A stretch of 64,000 nucleotides of DNA from Sedimentisphaerales bacterium (GCA_963708075.1 OY970194.1:4160001-4224000), one strand, 5' to 3'; counted from the first letter of the stretch, positions 1 to 15,000 are shown. Made by a program: numbers and translations. The notes: a model not told the origin generated them from the letters alone.

Positions 1-3000
1 TCGGTGGCGCGGAGGGTCACCGCGCCCTCGGCGTCGACGGTGCTGTCCTGGAGGTAAGCCAGCACCTCAGCCGCCTGCGCCGTGCCGTCCGCCTTATAGC
101 CGATGAAGTTGTGCGCCGTCACGGCACCGATGGCCATGGCGCCGGCCACGCCGCCCGAGGCAACCGAGGCCACTTCCGTCGTAACTCGCGCGCCGATGGT
201 GGAGGTGTCGCCGGCGGTGAGGTTGATCGTGCCGGCGCTGATCAGGGCGCTGCCGTCGGCATAGGCCCATGTCTTGGTCAGAATGACGTTGCGTGCTTCC
301 GCACCCCCGCCGGCGATGCTGATCCCGCCCAGCCAGCCGGCGCCGACCGCCGCACTGGCCGCCGTGGCGATGCAGGAAATAGTAGCGGCGTCAACGGCTC
401 TGATCTCGATGCCGTCGGTCCCCATCGCCTTCAGCAGGCCGGCATTCTTGACGTAAGCGTCGACCTCGCTGGCGATCTCATTCTCCGCCAGCCCGACCGA
501 AACCGAGATCGAACCCGAGATCAAGCCGACTGCCCCTGCCAGGGACGCCGATCCGGTGACTGCGGTGATGCTCGAGCTGTCGTCAGCCCACAGCGATATG
601 CTGTCGGCGATGATGCCCGTTGTCCCGGTGCCGTCGATGAAGGCCTTGACCAGTGTACGGATGCGGTTTCGGCTGCTGACTCCGGCCCCTGCGCCCGTAA
701 TCGCCACGACGCCGCCGCCCAGCGCCAGCGAACCGGCCACCACCATCGCTTCGATGGTCAGGTTGGCGTCGGCCGTGAGGCTAAGATCGCCCAGCGCGTA
801 GATGCTCGAGTCTTTGATGTATGCCTGCACCTCGGCCGGATCGGCGGTGCCGTCGGGCGTGTAACCGATCAGGTTCTCGGCCATTGCGACACCGACCGCA
901 ACTCCCACGGCAACAAAACCGCCGGAGGCCGCGACCGCCAGGCCGCCCACCTCGGCATCGATGAGGGAGGTGTCGGTGGCAGTGATTGTGACGTCGCCCA
1001 CCTTGGCATCCTTGGTTCCAACGACGGCGTTCTCGATATACGCGTTGGTCTTGTTGAGGATGACGTTGGTCACATCGACACCGGCCCCCGCGAAGCCGAC
1101 TCCAACCAGTCCGGCACCCAGTGCTGCCGAGGCCGCTACCCCCAGTGCGTTGATCGTCGCATTCTCAGTCGCCGAGATCGTGATGGCGCCGCCGTCGCGT
1201 GTCTGCACACTCTGGCCGTTGGCGATGTAGGCGCTGACCTGGTTGTCTATCTCGTTGCTCGCGATCGATACGCCCACCGAAATCCCCGCCCCCACGAGCC
1301 CGACACCTATGGCCACCGCAGCGGTGCCGACCGTGGCATCGATGATCGAGGCGTCGCGGGCCGTCAGCGAAATGCTGTCGGCGGTAATGTCCGTGGCGCC
1401 GGACCCGTCGATATAGGCTTTGACATTGGCCGCCACGCGGTTGATCGCACTGGCGCCGGCGCCGCTGACACCGATGCCGGCGAACCCGCCTGCGGAAGCC
1501 GCCACCGAGCCGGCCCAAATGATCGCATCGATACCCAGCGTCGAGGTCGCGGTCAGCGTCAGATCGCCTGCCGCATCGACGCTCGAATTCTTGATATAGG
1601 CCTGCACCTCGATCGGCGAGTAGACACCGGTGGCCGAATAGCCAATCCGGTTCCGGGCGATCGCCGCACCGATGGACAGTCCGGCTCCGACGAACGCACC
1701 GCCGCCGATGGCGGCCGCGACCGCCAGCACCTCGGCATTGATGGTGGAAGTGTTGTCCGCGTCGAGAATCACATCCTGCGCGCTGCGGAGCACGCTGTTG
1801 TCCACGTAGGCGTTGGCGCTGCCGAGAATGATGTTGTTGGCCACAGCGCCGGCGCCGCTCAGGCTGGCGCCCACCAGACCCAGCGCCACCGCCGCCGAGG
1901 CCGCGGCCGCGGTAGCTTCGATGTCGGCGCCCTCCGAAACCGTGATGCTGATGTCGCCGGTGGCGTCCGTATTGGTATTGGTACTGGTCACACCCGCGTC
2001 TACATCCTTGATGAAGCCCGCCACGTCGTTGTCGATCTCGTTGAAGGCAATCCCCACGCCGATGGACAGCGATACCCCGACGCCGCCGAAGGCGGCCCCG
2101 ATCGAAGCGGCGCCCGTGAACGCGTCGATGGCGGAAGTGTCGTCGGCATTCAAGCTGACGCTGGCTGCGGTGATGCCTTTTCCGTCCTTGTCGCCCTGAA
2201 TGTAAGCCTGCACGAGCGTCGCGATGCGGTTCTCGGAGCCGGCGCCGCGCCGCTCAGCGACACGCCCACGAGCCCGCCCGAGATCGCCACCGACCCGGCG
2301 AAGACCGTCGCGTCGATGGTCTGATTGGAGATGGCATCGAGGGTCAGCACGCCGGTGGCGTCTACGTTGGAATCGAGGATATAGGCTTGGATTTGCGCCG
2401 CGTCCGGGTCCAGGCTGACCAGCCGCCATTGGGAGTTGTCCCCGTAGTTGAGGCGGGTCAGCCAGTTGTTGTTCTCGTTTGCATTACCTTGGCCATTGCC
2501 GGAGCCGACGGCGGTCGGCCGAAACAGGGTTTGTGTCCCGATGTACTCGTAGACGTTGCCTGCGTTGGCGCCGGCGGTGATTTTGACCGTATTGCCCGTC
2601 TCAATCCAAGCGGGATTGCTGCCGGTGGCGTAGTCGGCCGCGTAGAGGTAATTCGGGTTCCAGCCGATATAGTTGCGGGCGACGGCTACGCCGAGCGAGG
2701 CGCCGATCCCGGCAATGCCTCCTACGGCAATGGCGGCAGAGGCGCTCACGACCACCGCACGGATGCTGGCGGTGTTGCCGGCGTCAAGGTCCACCGTGCC
2801 GGCACTGCTGACCGCGCTGCCCTGGATATAGGCATTGGTGCCGGTGAGGATGATGTTGTTCGCGTCGGCTCCCGCGCCGCTGATGGCGACGCCCGCCACA
2901 CCCGCGAAGCCGGCGGCCAGCGAGGCGGCGGTGGAGATCGCATTGATGGCGGCACTCTCAGTGGCACGGATCGTGATGCCGTCCGATCCGGTGGCGTCGA

Positions 3001-6000
3001 TGCCGAAGTCGGTCAGAGTGTCAAGATCGTCTTCATCCGCCGCCAGACCGTCGGCATTGAGGATGTAGGCCTCGACGTCACCGGTGATAGTATTGCGCGC
3101 CAGGGAAACGCCGATCGAGAAAGAGACGCCTACTGTGCCGCCGACCGACGCGGCGAGCGAAGCTGCGCCGGCGAGTGCCTTGATCGTCGAGGTGTCATCC
3201 GCGGTCAGTGTTACGCTGTCGGCCACGATGCCGCCGTCCCCGTCGCCGTCGATGTAGGACTTGACGTCGACGCCGATCTTGTTCTCGGCCCAGACGCCCG
3301 AGCCACTGGCGGCGACGCCGACCGTTCCACCCAGAGCCACCGCCGCAGATCCGGCAAACACGACGGAGTCGATCGTCTGGCTCGCCAGAGAACTGAGCGT
3401 GAGGTTGTCAGCGGCTACTACACTGGTGTCGGCGAGGAAGGCCTGGACATTGCCGGCGACATTCACCCGTTTCCACAACGTGGTGTTGCGGTATGGCTGC
3501 AGGCTGAGGTCGAACGGCTGATTGCCGGCTGTAATCGGATCGCTATCGCTGTTTGACGGGCCGACGTATTCATAGATGTCGCCCGCCAGCGCGCCGCTCG
3601 AGATGCGCACCGTCATCCCCGGAGTCAAGGCGTCAATGTTAGTTCTACTTGTCGTGCCGCTCGACTCATAGTCGACCTCGACGTCAGCGCCGTTGGGATC
3701 CCAGCCGATGAAGTTGCGGGCGATGGAGACGCCGATCGAGACGCCCACGCCTGCTGCCCCGCCGCCCCCGATGGCCAGCGAGGCCGCCACCACCGCGGAC
3801 GAGATTGTCGATGTGCTCGCGGCGTTGATCGTCACATCGTCGTAGCTGTCGAGCACGCTGTCCTGGGAGTAGGCATTGGTTTTGGTCAGGATGACGTTTT
3901 GCGCCACGGCGCCCGCGCCACTGACGGCGACCCCGCCGGAACCGCCGATGCCGATCGCCAGCGAAGCGGCCACGGACACGGCGCTGATCGTCGTATGCGA
4001 CACGCTGATCTTGTTGGTCCCATTCTTGGTAATCAGTTCGAGCACATAGGTCTGGCCGTCGGGCGCCAGCAGCATCCAACTTTTGCCTTCAACCAGGATC
4101 GACAGCTTGAGCTCGTCGACGAGCTGCCACTCGTCGGCGTTCGTATAGTCTTCCTCGCTAAGGTCGATGTCGTTCGGAGTCTGGTACGTCTCCGAGCCGT
4201 AAGTCCCGTAGGTGCCGGAATTCTCGGGCGCCTTCACGATGTAGCGGTAGACACGGCCCCCTAAGCCGCCGGCGTAGTCTTTCGCCAACAGGACCGTGTC
4301 GCCCTCGCGCACATCCTGCTCGTCGTCACTGGACCGGTATTTCGCCGCCGTGGCGACGGTGCCATACAGCGCCAGCGTTTCGCCAAATGCCGTGCGCAGG
4401 GCTTCCAGGATCGCGCGATCGTCGTCGGCATCCTGCACTGCCTCATTGACCGCGTCGTCGAAACGACTGGTGACGCTGTCAGTCTCACTGGCCGGGTCAT
4501 CCGGATTGTCCGTGTCCGCCGTGGCGGCGTCGTCGAGGTTGGCCGCCGTAATCAGGCTAGTCAAGTCCAGATCGAACAGGTGCCGGCCCTGGCTCACCGC
4601 TGAGATCGTGATGCTGCCGCCGGAGGTGGTGACGCCTCCGTCGGCGTTGCTGATGTAGGCCTCCACGTCGTTGCGGACTTCGTTGATGGCTATCGAAAGC
4701 CCAATCGATACCGCTCCCCCGCCCGTGCCGCCGACCGAGGCGGCCAGCGAAGCTGCGCCGGCGACGGCGTTGATACCCGACGCGTCGCTGGCGGCGATGT
4801 GCACGCTGGCGGCGGAGATGCCGTCGGTAGCGGTAGTCGCGCCGTCGCCATCGATATAGGCCTGGACGACGCTGTTGATGCGGTTCTCGGAATAGACCCC
4901 GGCGCCACTGGCCGCGATGCCGGTGGTACCGCCGCCGGAAAGCGCGGCGGCGCCCGATCCCACCTTTGCCGTGATGCTTTGATTAGATTGTGCATCCAGC
5001 GTCAACACATCCAAGGCCTGTACGCTGGTGTTTTCAAGGTAGGCCCGCACTTCGTTGGGGTGGCTGTCATCAACATTGACCTGCTTCCAGAGCGAGCGGT
5101 CGGAATAGTCCAGGGTGCGCAAGTCGATGCTGATCAGTTGCCATCTGTCGGTATCGGTGTAGTCCTCCGCCGAAAGATCGACATTGCTGTCGTCATCGCC
5201 AACATACTGGTAGGTCGCCCCCAGCGTGCCCCCGGGTCCGTCGTAATCATCAGCCACGCGGATGCGACTTACGTTCTTCGTCAGTGTCACGCCGGTTTCG
5301 GAGGAATCGCCGGTTTCGAGCGGCTGAGTCAGGGTTGGGCCGAGGTACTCGTAGACATCACCCGCGCGTGCGCCGTCGGAGATCTTTACCGTCGTTCCCA
5401 GCGGCGTCCCCTTCGTCTGCGCATTGGACAGCGTTTGCCCCTGCGGCAGGCCGTCACTGGTTTCGTAGTCGCCATCAGCATCGGTGATGTCCCAACCGAT
5501 GAAATTGCGGGCGACGGCAACGCCCAGCGCCACACCCACGCCCGTGGTGCCGCCGTAGGACACCGACGCCGCCACCGCCACAATCGTCGCATCGATATCG
5601 GCAGTGCTCTTGGCATCGAGATCGACCTCGCCGACCTGCTGGCCGGACGAGCCCACGGTGCAGTCGCTGATATAGGCATTCGTAGTGGTCAGGATGATGT
5701 TTGTCGCTTCTGCCCCGCCGCCGCTGAGAGCAACGCCGTTCGTGCTTCCCATGCTACCGGAAACCGCTACGGCAACCGCCGTGGCACGGATCGTCGACTC
5801 ATCTTCTGCACTGATGCTGATATTGCCGCCGTTCGTGAGCACGGCCGGCAGATTATCGAGGAACGCCTCCACCCGGTCATCAATCCGGTTGTGGGCCAGA
5901 GCCACGCCGATCGACAGGCTGAACGAATTGGTAGAGCCGAAGGCGAGCGCGACAGAGACCGCTCCCGCCTCTGCCTTTATCGTCGAAGCATTCGTCGCCG

Positions 6001-9000
6001 AGAGCGTGAGATTGCCGCCGGACAGTGTGACACTTCCGGCCGTGATGAAGGCCATCACATCCATGGCGATTTCATTCCTCGTGAACACACCCGCCCCGCT
6101 CGCCGCCAGGGAGGTGCTGTCCGAGGAGGCCGCCACTACTCCCACCGCCGCCGCGTTGACGGCCGCCCCGATGTTCGCGGTAGAAGTCGCCGTCAGAGAC
6201 AGATTGCCCCCAACGTTAAGTACGACATCCTGTGCATAGGCACGCACCTGAAATGCCTCTCGACCGTCCTGGTCCTCACCGCTGATCGTATTGAGGGCGA
6301 CCGCTGCCCCGAGTGCGCCGGCGCCGACCGAAGCGGCCAGCACCAACGCGTCGATGCGCGAGCCATTGTCGGTGGCGAGCGTCAAGTCGTGCGCCGTGAC
6401 AGTGCCGCCATTGATGTAAGCATTCGTGTCGCCACTGATACTGTTGTTCGATAGTGCCCCCGCCCCGCTGATCGCCAAGCCGCTGCCACTGAACACGGCG
6501 ATGGCCAGGGAGGCGGCCACCGAGGCGGACCTGATGGTGTCGTCACTGTCGGCCGTGAGAGCGATATTGCCCGCGGAAGACGTCACATCCGAGTCATTGA
6601 GATACGCCTCAACGGTGCTGTCGATAATGTTCCAGGATACGCAAACCCCGATGGAAACGGAGATGGCGTTGCTTCCTGACGCGACGCTCACCGACACGCC
6701 AATCCCCAGGGTCTCGATGTCGGCATCGGAATCCGCTTCGACCACCATGTCGCCGTTGGCAGTAACGTCGGACGCATCCACATAGGCGAGGACGGAATCG
6801 GTAATTTCGTTCATGGCCAACGTGCCGCCAATCGCAACCGCCACACTCGTACCGTCTCCGGACGACACGGCCACGGCGCCGGCCACCGCAATGGAAAAGA
6901 TCAGAGGCTTCGAAAGGGCGCGGATCTCAATGCCATTCGTGGTTGAGGCGACCGTCGTGTCGGAGATGTACGCGAGGGTTTCGTTGTCGATCTCGTTGTA
7001 GGTCACCGACACCCCGATCCCCACCTTACCCTTGGCGAAAGCGACACCGCCAGCTATGGCATAGATGCTCGACGCATCGACGGCGTTGAGCCCGATCGGC
7101 CCGGAGGCCGTGATGCCGTGCTCATTATCGTCGTCGGACTTGATGAAGGCGGCCGTGGTGTTGCTCACCATGTTGACCGATACCGCCGCTTCCGCTGCCA
7201 TCTTTCCGGAACTGGCGCCGACCGCCGCGGTGACCGCGATGATCTCGGTCTTCGAATCCGCCTGGGCGGAGACGGAGGCGGCCGTCACATCCGAATTGAG
7301 GATAAAGCTTTCAGTGGTGTTGGACACGGTGTTGATCGCCACCGAGGCGCCGATCCCGGCCTTGCCCCCGTAAGCGACAGCGCCGGCTACGGAGACAATC
7401 TCGGCAGCGTCCTCGGCGACGAGGGCCACGAGGGGCACCTCGGTACTCGCCTCCGGGCCGCTGACGACGGTGTCGGTGATGTAGGCCCGGCTTTCGTTAT
7501 CGATCTTGTTGTAGGTAACCTGACCTGCCAGGCTGATCTTGCCTTTGTCGGTGGCGACCGAGACGCTGGCGCCGATCGAATAGATCGCGGCGGGCGTGTG
7601 GGCGCCGAGGACGAGCTGGCGGCCGATCCGGGCCACCGTATGAGCGAGGAAAGCCTCGGTCCGGGCATTGATCTGGTTCATCGTAAATGAACCGGCGATA
7701 GCGGCGCCGGAGCCTTGCCGTCTCGTAATCGTTACGGCACCGGCCAGGGCGAAGATCTGGGCGGCCTTGCCACGGTCCGCGGCGGTGATGACGACGCCTG
7801 TAATGGGCCCCTCGTCCTGCAAGGTGATCAACTGGTCTCCGACCAGAATACCTGTGAGAGTGAGCGTGGTCGCGGAGACATCGGCCAGAGTGTATTCCCC
7901 GTTGTTCTCCTGCGTCCCGGAGACTTTGATCTTCATGCCCGGCCGAAAACCGTCGGCGATCCAACTGCCCTCGGAACGCTCGATCGTATCCTGGGCGAGG
8001 GGCAGGGCGGTAAAGGTAAGCGCCGGATTGCCCGTCATAGCCGCACCCGCCTCGATGGACGGGTCGTCGCTGCTATTGGTGGTCTCGGTGGTGAGCATGG
8101 CGCCGGAGGTGAGGGTCAGCGTCGTCGGGGTGGCGTCCGCTATGATGTAGGTGCGATTGTTCGATGTTGTCCCTGAGACCTTGATCGACTGGCCGGCGCG
8201 GAAGCCCTCCGCAATCCAGTCGCCCGATGAGCGGGTGATGGTGTCCGCGGCCGCACCGTTGTCTCTGAAGGTCAGGGTCTGCTCAGTCGTCGGGCTTTCC
8301 GTGCCAAAAGTATTGGGTGCCGTGACGGCAGGTGTGGCAACGCTCATGCCGCTCGCGGTGCCGGCCGCTACTACATCGCCGGCGCTCAAGGTCAACGTCG
8401 AGTCCGTTACCTCGGCGATCGTGTAGGTACCGTCGTTGCCATCCGAACCTTGCACATAGATCGTCTGCCCGGCTTCGAAGCCGTCGGTCAGCCAACTGCC
8501 GCTGTCGCGAGTGATCGTGTCCGCGGCCGCACCGTTGTCGGCAAACGTCAGCACCGGACTGCCGCTCATCACGTGTCTCGTCAGCGTCTCGTTGGTCAGA
8601 ACCGCGTCCTGAGCCAGGGTCAGCGTCGACGCCGTCACCTCGGCGATCGTGTAGGTGCCGTCGTTGCCGGCACTGCCTTCGATGGTGATCTTCTGGCCCG
8701 CCCTGAACCCATCTGTCACCCAACTGCCGTTGTCGCGGGTGATGGTGTCGCGCGTGTCGGTCTCTGAGGAGGCGTTGTCGGCAAACGTCAGCTTGCCGGT
8801 CCCCGTCATCGCCACGGTTCCGAAGTCCGGCGACGGGTCGTCCGTGAGACGCGGAGAACTGGAGGTCAGTGCGACCAGGTGAACGTCATGGGCCTTGACG
8901 CTCACGGCACCGTCGATGTAAGCCAGGGTGGTCATGTTGACATAGTTCACCGACGCGTCACCCGAGATGCCCAAGCCGAAGCCACCGGTGTTTCCGGCCG

Positions 9001-12000
9001 CATCCTTCGCCGTAGTCGGGGCCCCCGCCGTCGAGTCACCGGATGCCGGCGCCTGATTCTGGCTCAAGGCCACGTAGCCGGCCAGCGAGAAGGAGAAAAT
9101 CTGTGGTCCCGAAAAGGCCTGGATGTCGATGTCGTCAGCCACGGAGATCACGCCGGTGGCAGCCTCGGGATCGTTGGTCACCATCGCCGTAGTGGACGCC
9201 CCGTCTGTGAGCGTGTCCGTGCGAATCAGCGTCAATACCTGCTCCGTCACGTAGCCGATCGTGTAGGTTCCATTGTTAGCCCCGGCGCCTGAGACGGTGA
9301 TCGTCTGGCCGGGCTGGAAGCCATCGGCGAGCCAACTGCCGCTGTCGCGAATGATCGTGTCGGGCGCCGACACCGTATCATCGCTAGCACTGGCCACCGT
9401 CTCGTCGCTCAGGCGCTCGTTCGGGTTCAGGGTGATGCAGGTGTCGGTTACCGAATTGATGGTGTAGGTGCCATTATTGGCAGTCGTACCGCTGACCGTA
9501 ATCGTCTGGCCGACGAGGAAGCCATCGTCGATCCAGCTCCCGCTGTCCCGAGTGATCGTGTCGGGCGCCGTGAGGGAGATGGTCGCGACGCTGGCGCTGC
9601 TGGCGGTGCCCGGATTGAGGCTGTCGCTCGCGACCAGTGTCAGCGTGGAGGCCGTCACAGCCGCGATCAGGTACAGGCCATCGTTGTCGCCCGAACCTTC
9701 CACGCGGATCATCTGCCCGGCTGCGAAGCCGTCGGTCAGCCAACTGCCGCTGCCGCGGGTGATCGTGTCCGCCGCCGCGCCGTTGTCGGCGAAGGTCAGG
9801 CTCCCGCTCATCGCGTGTCTGGTCAGCGTCTCGTTGATCAAGGCCTCACCCTCAGCCAGGAACAGCGTCAAGTCCGTTACCTCAGCGATCCTGTATGTGC
9901 CGTCGTTTTCGGCGCTGCCTTCGATGGTGAGGTACTGGCCCGCCCGGAAGCCGTCAGCCAGCCAACTCCCGGCGCTTCGGGTAATGGTGTCGCGCGTATC
10001 GGTCTCCGAGGCGGCGTTATCGGTAAAGGTCAGGGTATCGGTCCCGGTCATCGCCACGTGCTCGAAGCGCAGCGAAGGGTTGCCGGTCAGGCTCACGTCG
10101 GTGAAGGTGAGCCCGGGCGTACCGCTGATCTTGGCGCCGTTGCCGATGAAGGCCTTCGTGATGACCGTCACCTGGTTGAACGACGCGGAGATGCCGATGC
10201 CGACCTGCGCGCCCAGCACCACCCCGCCCGAGAAGGAGTAGACCCGAGGGTCGTTGGTCGCCCGAACCGTCAGGTCGTCGCTGGCCGTAATGTCGGCCCT
10301 ATCCTCTATATACGCGAGGGCTGTGCTGTTCTGCAGGACGATGTCGCCCGACCCATAGACGGCGATCTTTGCCGATGAACCCTCGGACGCGGCGACGGTG
10401 ATGAGCCTTTCCTGGGTGTCTGCCAGAACGTTGACGTCGGCAGCAGCGGTCACCTTCGCGCCGTCGGCGATCCGGGCGATGGCCTTGTTCTTGGTATAGA
10501 CGAAGCTGATCGCGCCACCAACCCCCGCCTTCGGGTCGTCGAGGGCCTTCACGCTGATGCTCTTTTCCCAGATCCCACTATCGAAGATCAGATCGTTGAT
10601 ACGCTCCAGCATCGCGCTGGACCCCAGCTTGTTGGCGACCTGGTTCGTGAGCAGTTGGTCCAGGAAGCTCCAACCGGCCATCTGGCCGGTCAGGTGCAAG
10701 CCGTTGACTTCGTTCCGGGCGTAAACGGTCACCGAAGCCCCCGAATCCACATCCGCCCCCTCGTCGATATAAGCCTCGGCGACGTTGTTGATGATCCGTA
10801 CATCCACCGAAGCGGCCAAGCCGAACTTGGATCCGGTACTGGAGTTGAAAACATAGGAGCTGAGAATGAGTTGTATCACATCGCCGCCGAGGATGGTCAT
10901 GAGGAAGTCGAGTACCGCGTCAGGCGAAGTGAAGTCCGTCTCCCACGGGAAGGGCGTCAGGAAGGTGGCGGTGATATCAATCGGACCTTTGGCGTTGACC
11001 ACGGCGTTCTCGCCGATGTAGGCCTTGACGTCGTTGTCATCCATCGTGATCGCCACCGCGCCGCCGACGGCAACGCCATCGGAGGTGGACTGGCTCACGG
11101 CCGTGGTGAAGCTGCGGTAAACCATGGACGCGGTGATCTCGATCGCGCCTCCGGCGTCCACGTTCGCGTACACGTTGTCGGCGATAAAGGCATGGACATC
11201 ATTGTCGACCTTAGCGAAGGTGACGGCGCCGGCGAGGTTGAACTTGCCCGATTTTATGACGGGGAAGATCAGGCCCACGACCTCCTCAAGAGGATTGAAC
11301 AGGGGGAAGCCTTTGGTGAAATCGGTGAAGATCGTTAACTTGTCCCTGAAGAACTGGTTGTACTGATTGCTGAGCTGGGTGAAGATGTCTCCAGTGCTGC
11401 CCAGGCACCGCGACTCGGATTGGGTAATGTTGGACTCCTCGGCGACGGCGGAGATGCTCACATCGCCGGAAGCATAGACTGTCCCGGCAATCCAGGCGTC
11501 GGTGTCCGTATCGATCAGGGTCAGCGCCAATGCCATGCTGACACCGGAAGCGCCCGTATTGATGACCGCGCCGGCCGTCTCCACATCCGTGCTCCCCTCA
11601 GCACTGACGATCAGGTCCCCGGTGTTCACCGTGGTGCCCACCCCCAGGTAGGCCTTGGCAATGGTGTCCGCCTTGCTGCCCGCGAAGGTCACGCTGACCG
11701 GCTTGTTCTTCCCCTGCGACATGGCATTGCCGGTCACGCTGTTGCTGGCGCTGGCGTCGAGCTCGAGGGCACCGTGTGCGGTCACCAATGTCGTGCCGTC
11801 GATCGACGTTTCCGCCGTCGCACTGGACTGCGTCCAGACCGCGGCGAGCCCCGCCACCTTCGGGATCGGCACGCCGGGGAAGGAAGACGACGCCGGCGAC
11901 TCCGCACTGGAACTCAGGCGGACGCTGCCGGTGGCAGCGGTGATGCTGGAGGCCCCCAGGATCTTGACTGTGGCCTCGGCGTTCGACAGGCTGAACAGCA

Positions 12001-15000
12001 TCGGGTTGGGGAACGGGATGAACTGGCTGATGATCGTCTCCGGATCAGGGACCAGCAACTGGCCGATGACCTGAGCACCCGCCACGTCCGCTTCGTCAAC
12101 GAGGGTGTCGTCCCAGATGAGCGTGATGGTGTCGAGGGTCGCGACCGCCACGGTATAGTACCCGTCGTTGTCTTCCGTGCCGTAGACGGTGATTGCCTGG
12201 CCGGTGAAGAATCCGTCGAGGAGCCAACTGCCGGTGTCACGCGTGATGGTACCCCAACCGATCGCATTGTGGCCGAAGGTCAGATTCGGGTTGCCGGTCA
12301 TCTCCGGGTCGACCGGAGGAATCAGCGAGGTGTCGGCGCCCGCCTCCATACTGACGGCATTGGCTATGATCACCGTATCCGTGAGGGTGACGCGCGCGAC
12401 CGCGTCCTTCTTCCACCCGAAGACGCCGAAACAGTCTTGGGCATAAGCATTCATCCCGACCCAATCGCCTTTGATAGTCGCGCCTGTAGCCGTGATCGTA
12501 GCACTGGGTCGCGGCGTGCCCGCCCAGCGGACGATACTCGATGCCCAGGCTTCGAGCGTGACGTCGCCTGCCATAAACTCGGCGGCCGCATCCGCGAGCA
12601 GACCGGAGCCCGCTTCGAGCGTGATCGTCCGCGCCCCGAGGTCGATGTCACCGCTGTTTCCGGCAGTCATGCTGGTCGAGAGAACCGCATTCGTCTTAAC
12701 GGTAATTGTGTCCGCTATGACCCCGATATCACCGCCATGACTGGATATGCTGCCCGCGAACACGACGCTATCGACATCGTCATCGCCTACGAGATCTTTC
12801 AGAGAGTCGAGCAAAGAGTCGATCACCAGGTCGATCTCGGCAATGCCGGTTAAGCTCCTCCTGCCGTAAATCTGGAGGTCGGCGGAGAAATCGGCCGGTA
12901 GCGACTCGACGGTGATCGTGTCGCTGCCTTTCCTGCCTTCGATCGTGAGCGACTCCAGGGCTGCAAGCTGCACGATGGAGATCGTGTAGATCGTGCTGCC
13001 CCGCTGTATGTTCAGCCCGGCGTCGTCGGCGTAAACGCGAATCGTGTCGTCGAATGTCGACCCGGTGATGACCGGGTCATTCGCATCGCCGCCTACGAAC
13101 GGCTGCGGGTCGAGGTTGGCGTAGGTCACACCCCCGTACGAGCCCTCGCTGTCGGGGTCCGCAACCTCGACGATCACTCCCGAGATAAGCAGGCCGTCCG
13201 TACCGCCTGTTCCGCCATCAACGCCCACAACACTGCCCCCCGCCTTGATGATGAAAGCGTCGATGTTGTCGGCCCGGCCCGTAAGGTGCTCTATGCCCGT
13301 GAAGTCGCTTTCATGCTCGTTGAACGTCAGCGCACCCGCGTTTGTGCCGGTGACGGTCCAGGTATTGTCGACAACGGGCGCTCCGGTGACTGTGTCATTA
13401 CTGCCTGAGCCGCCCTCGATGGAACCGGAGACGGAGCCTCCACCCTCGAACGCGAAATTATCGTCTCCGACGCCGCCGACAAGATGCTCGACATTGGCGA
13501 AATTCATGCCACCGGCCATGCCGGTGTCCGCACCGCTGATAACCCAATTGGTGCCCGCGTCGGGCCCGTTGATGGTGTCGGTGCCCTCGTGAATATACTC
13601 CACGACCGCCCCTGTGCCATCCTGATCGATATAGTAGATGTCGTCTCCGGCCCCGCCGGCCAGGATATCTCCGCCGGCACCGCCCGTGAGCGTGTCATTA
13701 CCGGCGTTGCCCACGAGAATATTCACGCTGCTGTTGCCGGTCATCTCATCGGCTCCGGAGCCGCCGATGACGTTCTCGATGTTCCACACGCCCCCGGTCC
13801 CCGTGGCGCTGCCCATGGTCAGGTTCACCACCACCGGATCGGTCCAGGTGGAGTAGTCCAGCGTGTCCGACCCGCCCAGGCCGTCAATCGTACCCCCGAA
13901 AGAAACACCGGCCGGGAAGGCAAAGGTATCCTGGCCGCTGCCGCCGACCAGGCTCTCGACGTTCGTGAACACCAAGCCGGTAGTCCCACCCAGGTTCCCG
14001 GCGCCGCTGCCGGTCAGGTTCCAAGTGATGTCCGTCGCGGGCCCCTCAATCCGGTCCGTTCCCTCTTCGCCATCGAAACTCAGGACGCCGCCGGCCACCG
14101 GCAGCGTGAGGTTGTCGGTGGTCTGGACCCGGAGTACATCGTCGCCGGTGCCCGTGGTGATCGTCAGGTTCGCAAGCCCCGTGGCGACCAGGCCGCTCAC
14201 GATGGTGATGCTATCCGCGTCGGACCCCGCCACGTCATGCGTGCCGGTATCGATCACGACCGTCTGGATATTGGTGAAGGTGATGGACTCGAAGGCCACT
14301 CCACCACTGGTTCCGGATATGCGATTCTGGCCCGCCGCGGGACTATCGATCGTGATGACATCTACGCCACCGGGGGTGGTGAAGGTGAGCGTCGAAGGAC
14401 GAGCAGAGGTGTCCAGGCCCGTGGGCCCGGTGCCGGTTACAGTGGCGCCGTCAATAAGAATAGGCTCAAGACCGGTGAAGGAAATCGAGCTGACGCCGGC
14501 TTGAATCGTACCGTCGCCAAAGACTTGACCGGGGGTATAGGTCCCGGCAACCATTCCAAGGATGACCAGTGTGTCGTATCCGCCCGCTCCGCCGTGGAAT
14601 GTCACAGGCAGTGGCAGATCACCGCGGCTCAAATCCACGACGAGCGTATCATCCGTTTCATCCGTCCCCTGGATGATCAGACCGCAGACTCCGCTCTCGG
14701 CCAGCAGTTGAGGCTGGAAATCCCACACATTAATCATCCCTGAAGCGGTCACGGTCAGGTAATTTGCATCCTGCGGGGGAGGGTTCGGAACGTGCAACGT
14801 GTCAATAAGTTGCTCGGTAGAGGACGGCAAGTCCTCGTATGTCACAGGCGACTGCGGATCGCAGACGCCGTCATCGACACCATTACTGATGGGCTCGCCC
14901 TCGTACGCAACGTCGCAATACGATGCCGCAAGCGAGCCACTGTACTGAGACGAGGTCACGCCGGACAGGTCCGTACTCAGCAGTTGGTCTGTTTCAATCC

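Noticed and set aside
111..14743. Long + strand ORFs (111..2324, 2387..3556, 4799..6454, 11420..12853, 13484..14743)
   Set aside because: Antisense shadows of the giant high-GC gene; Arg/Gly/His-rich with no motifs.
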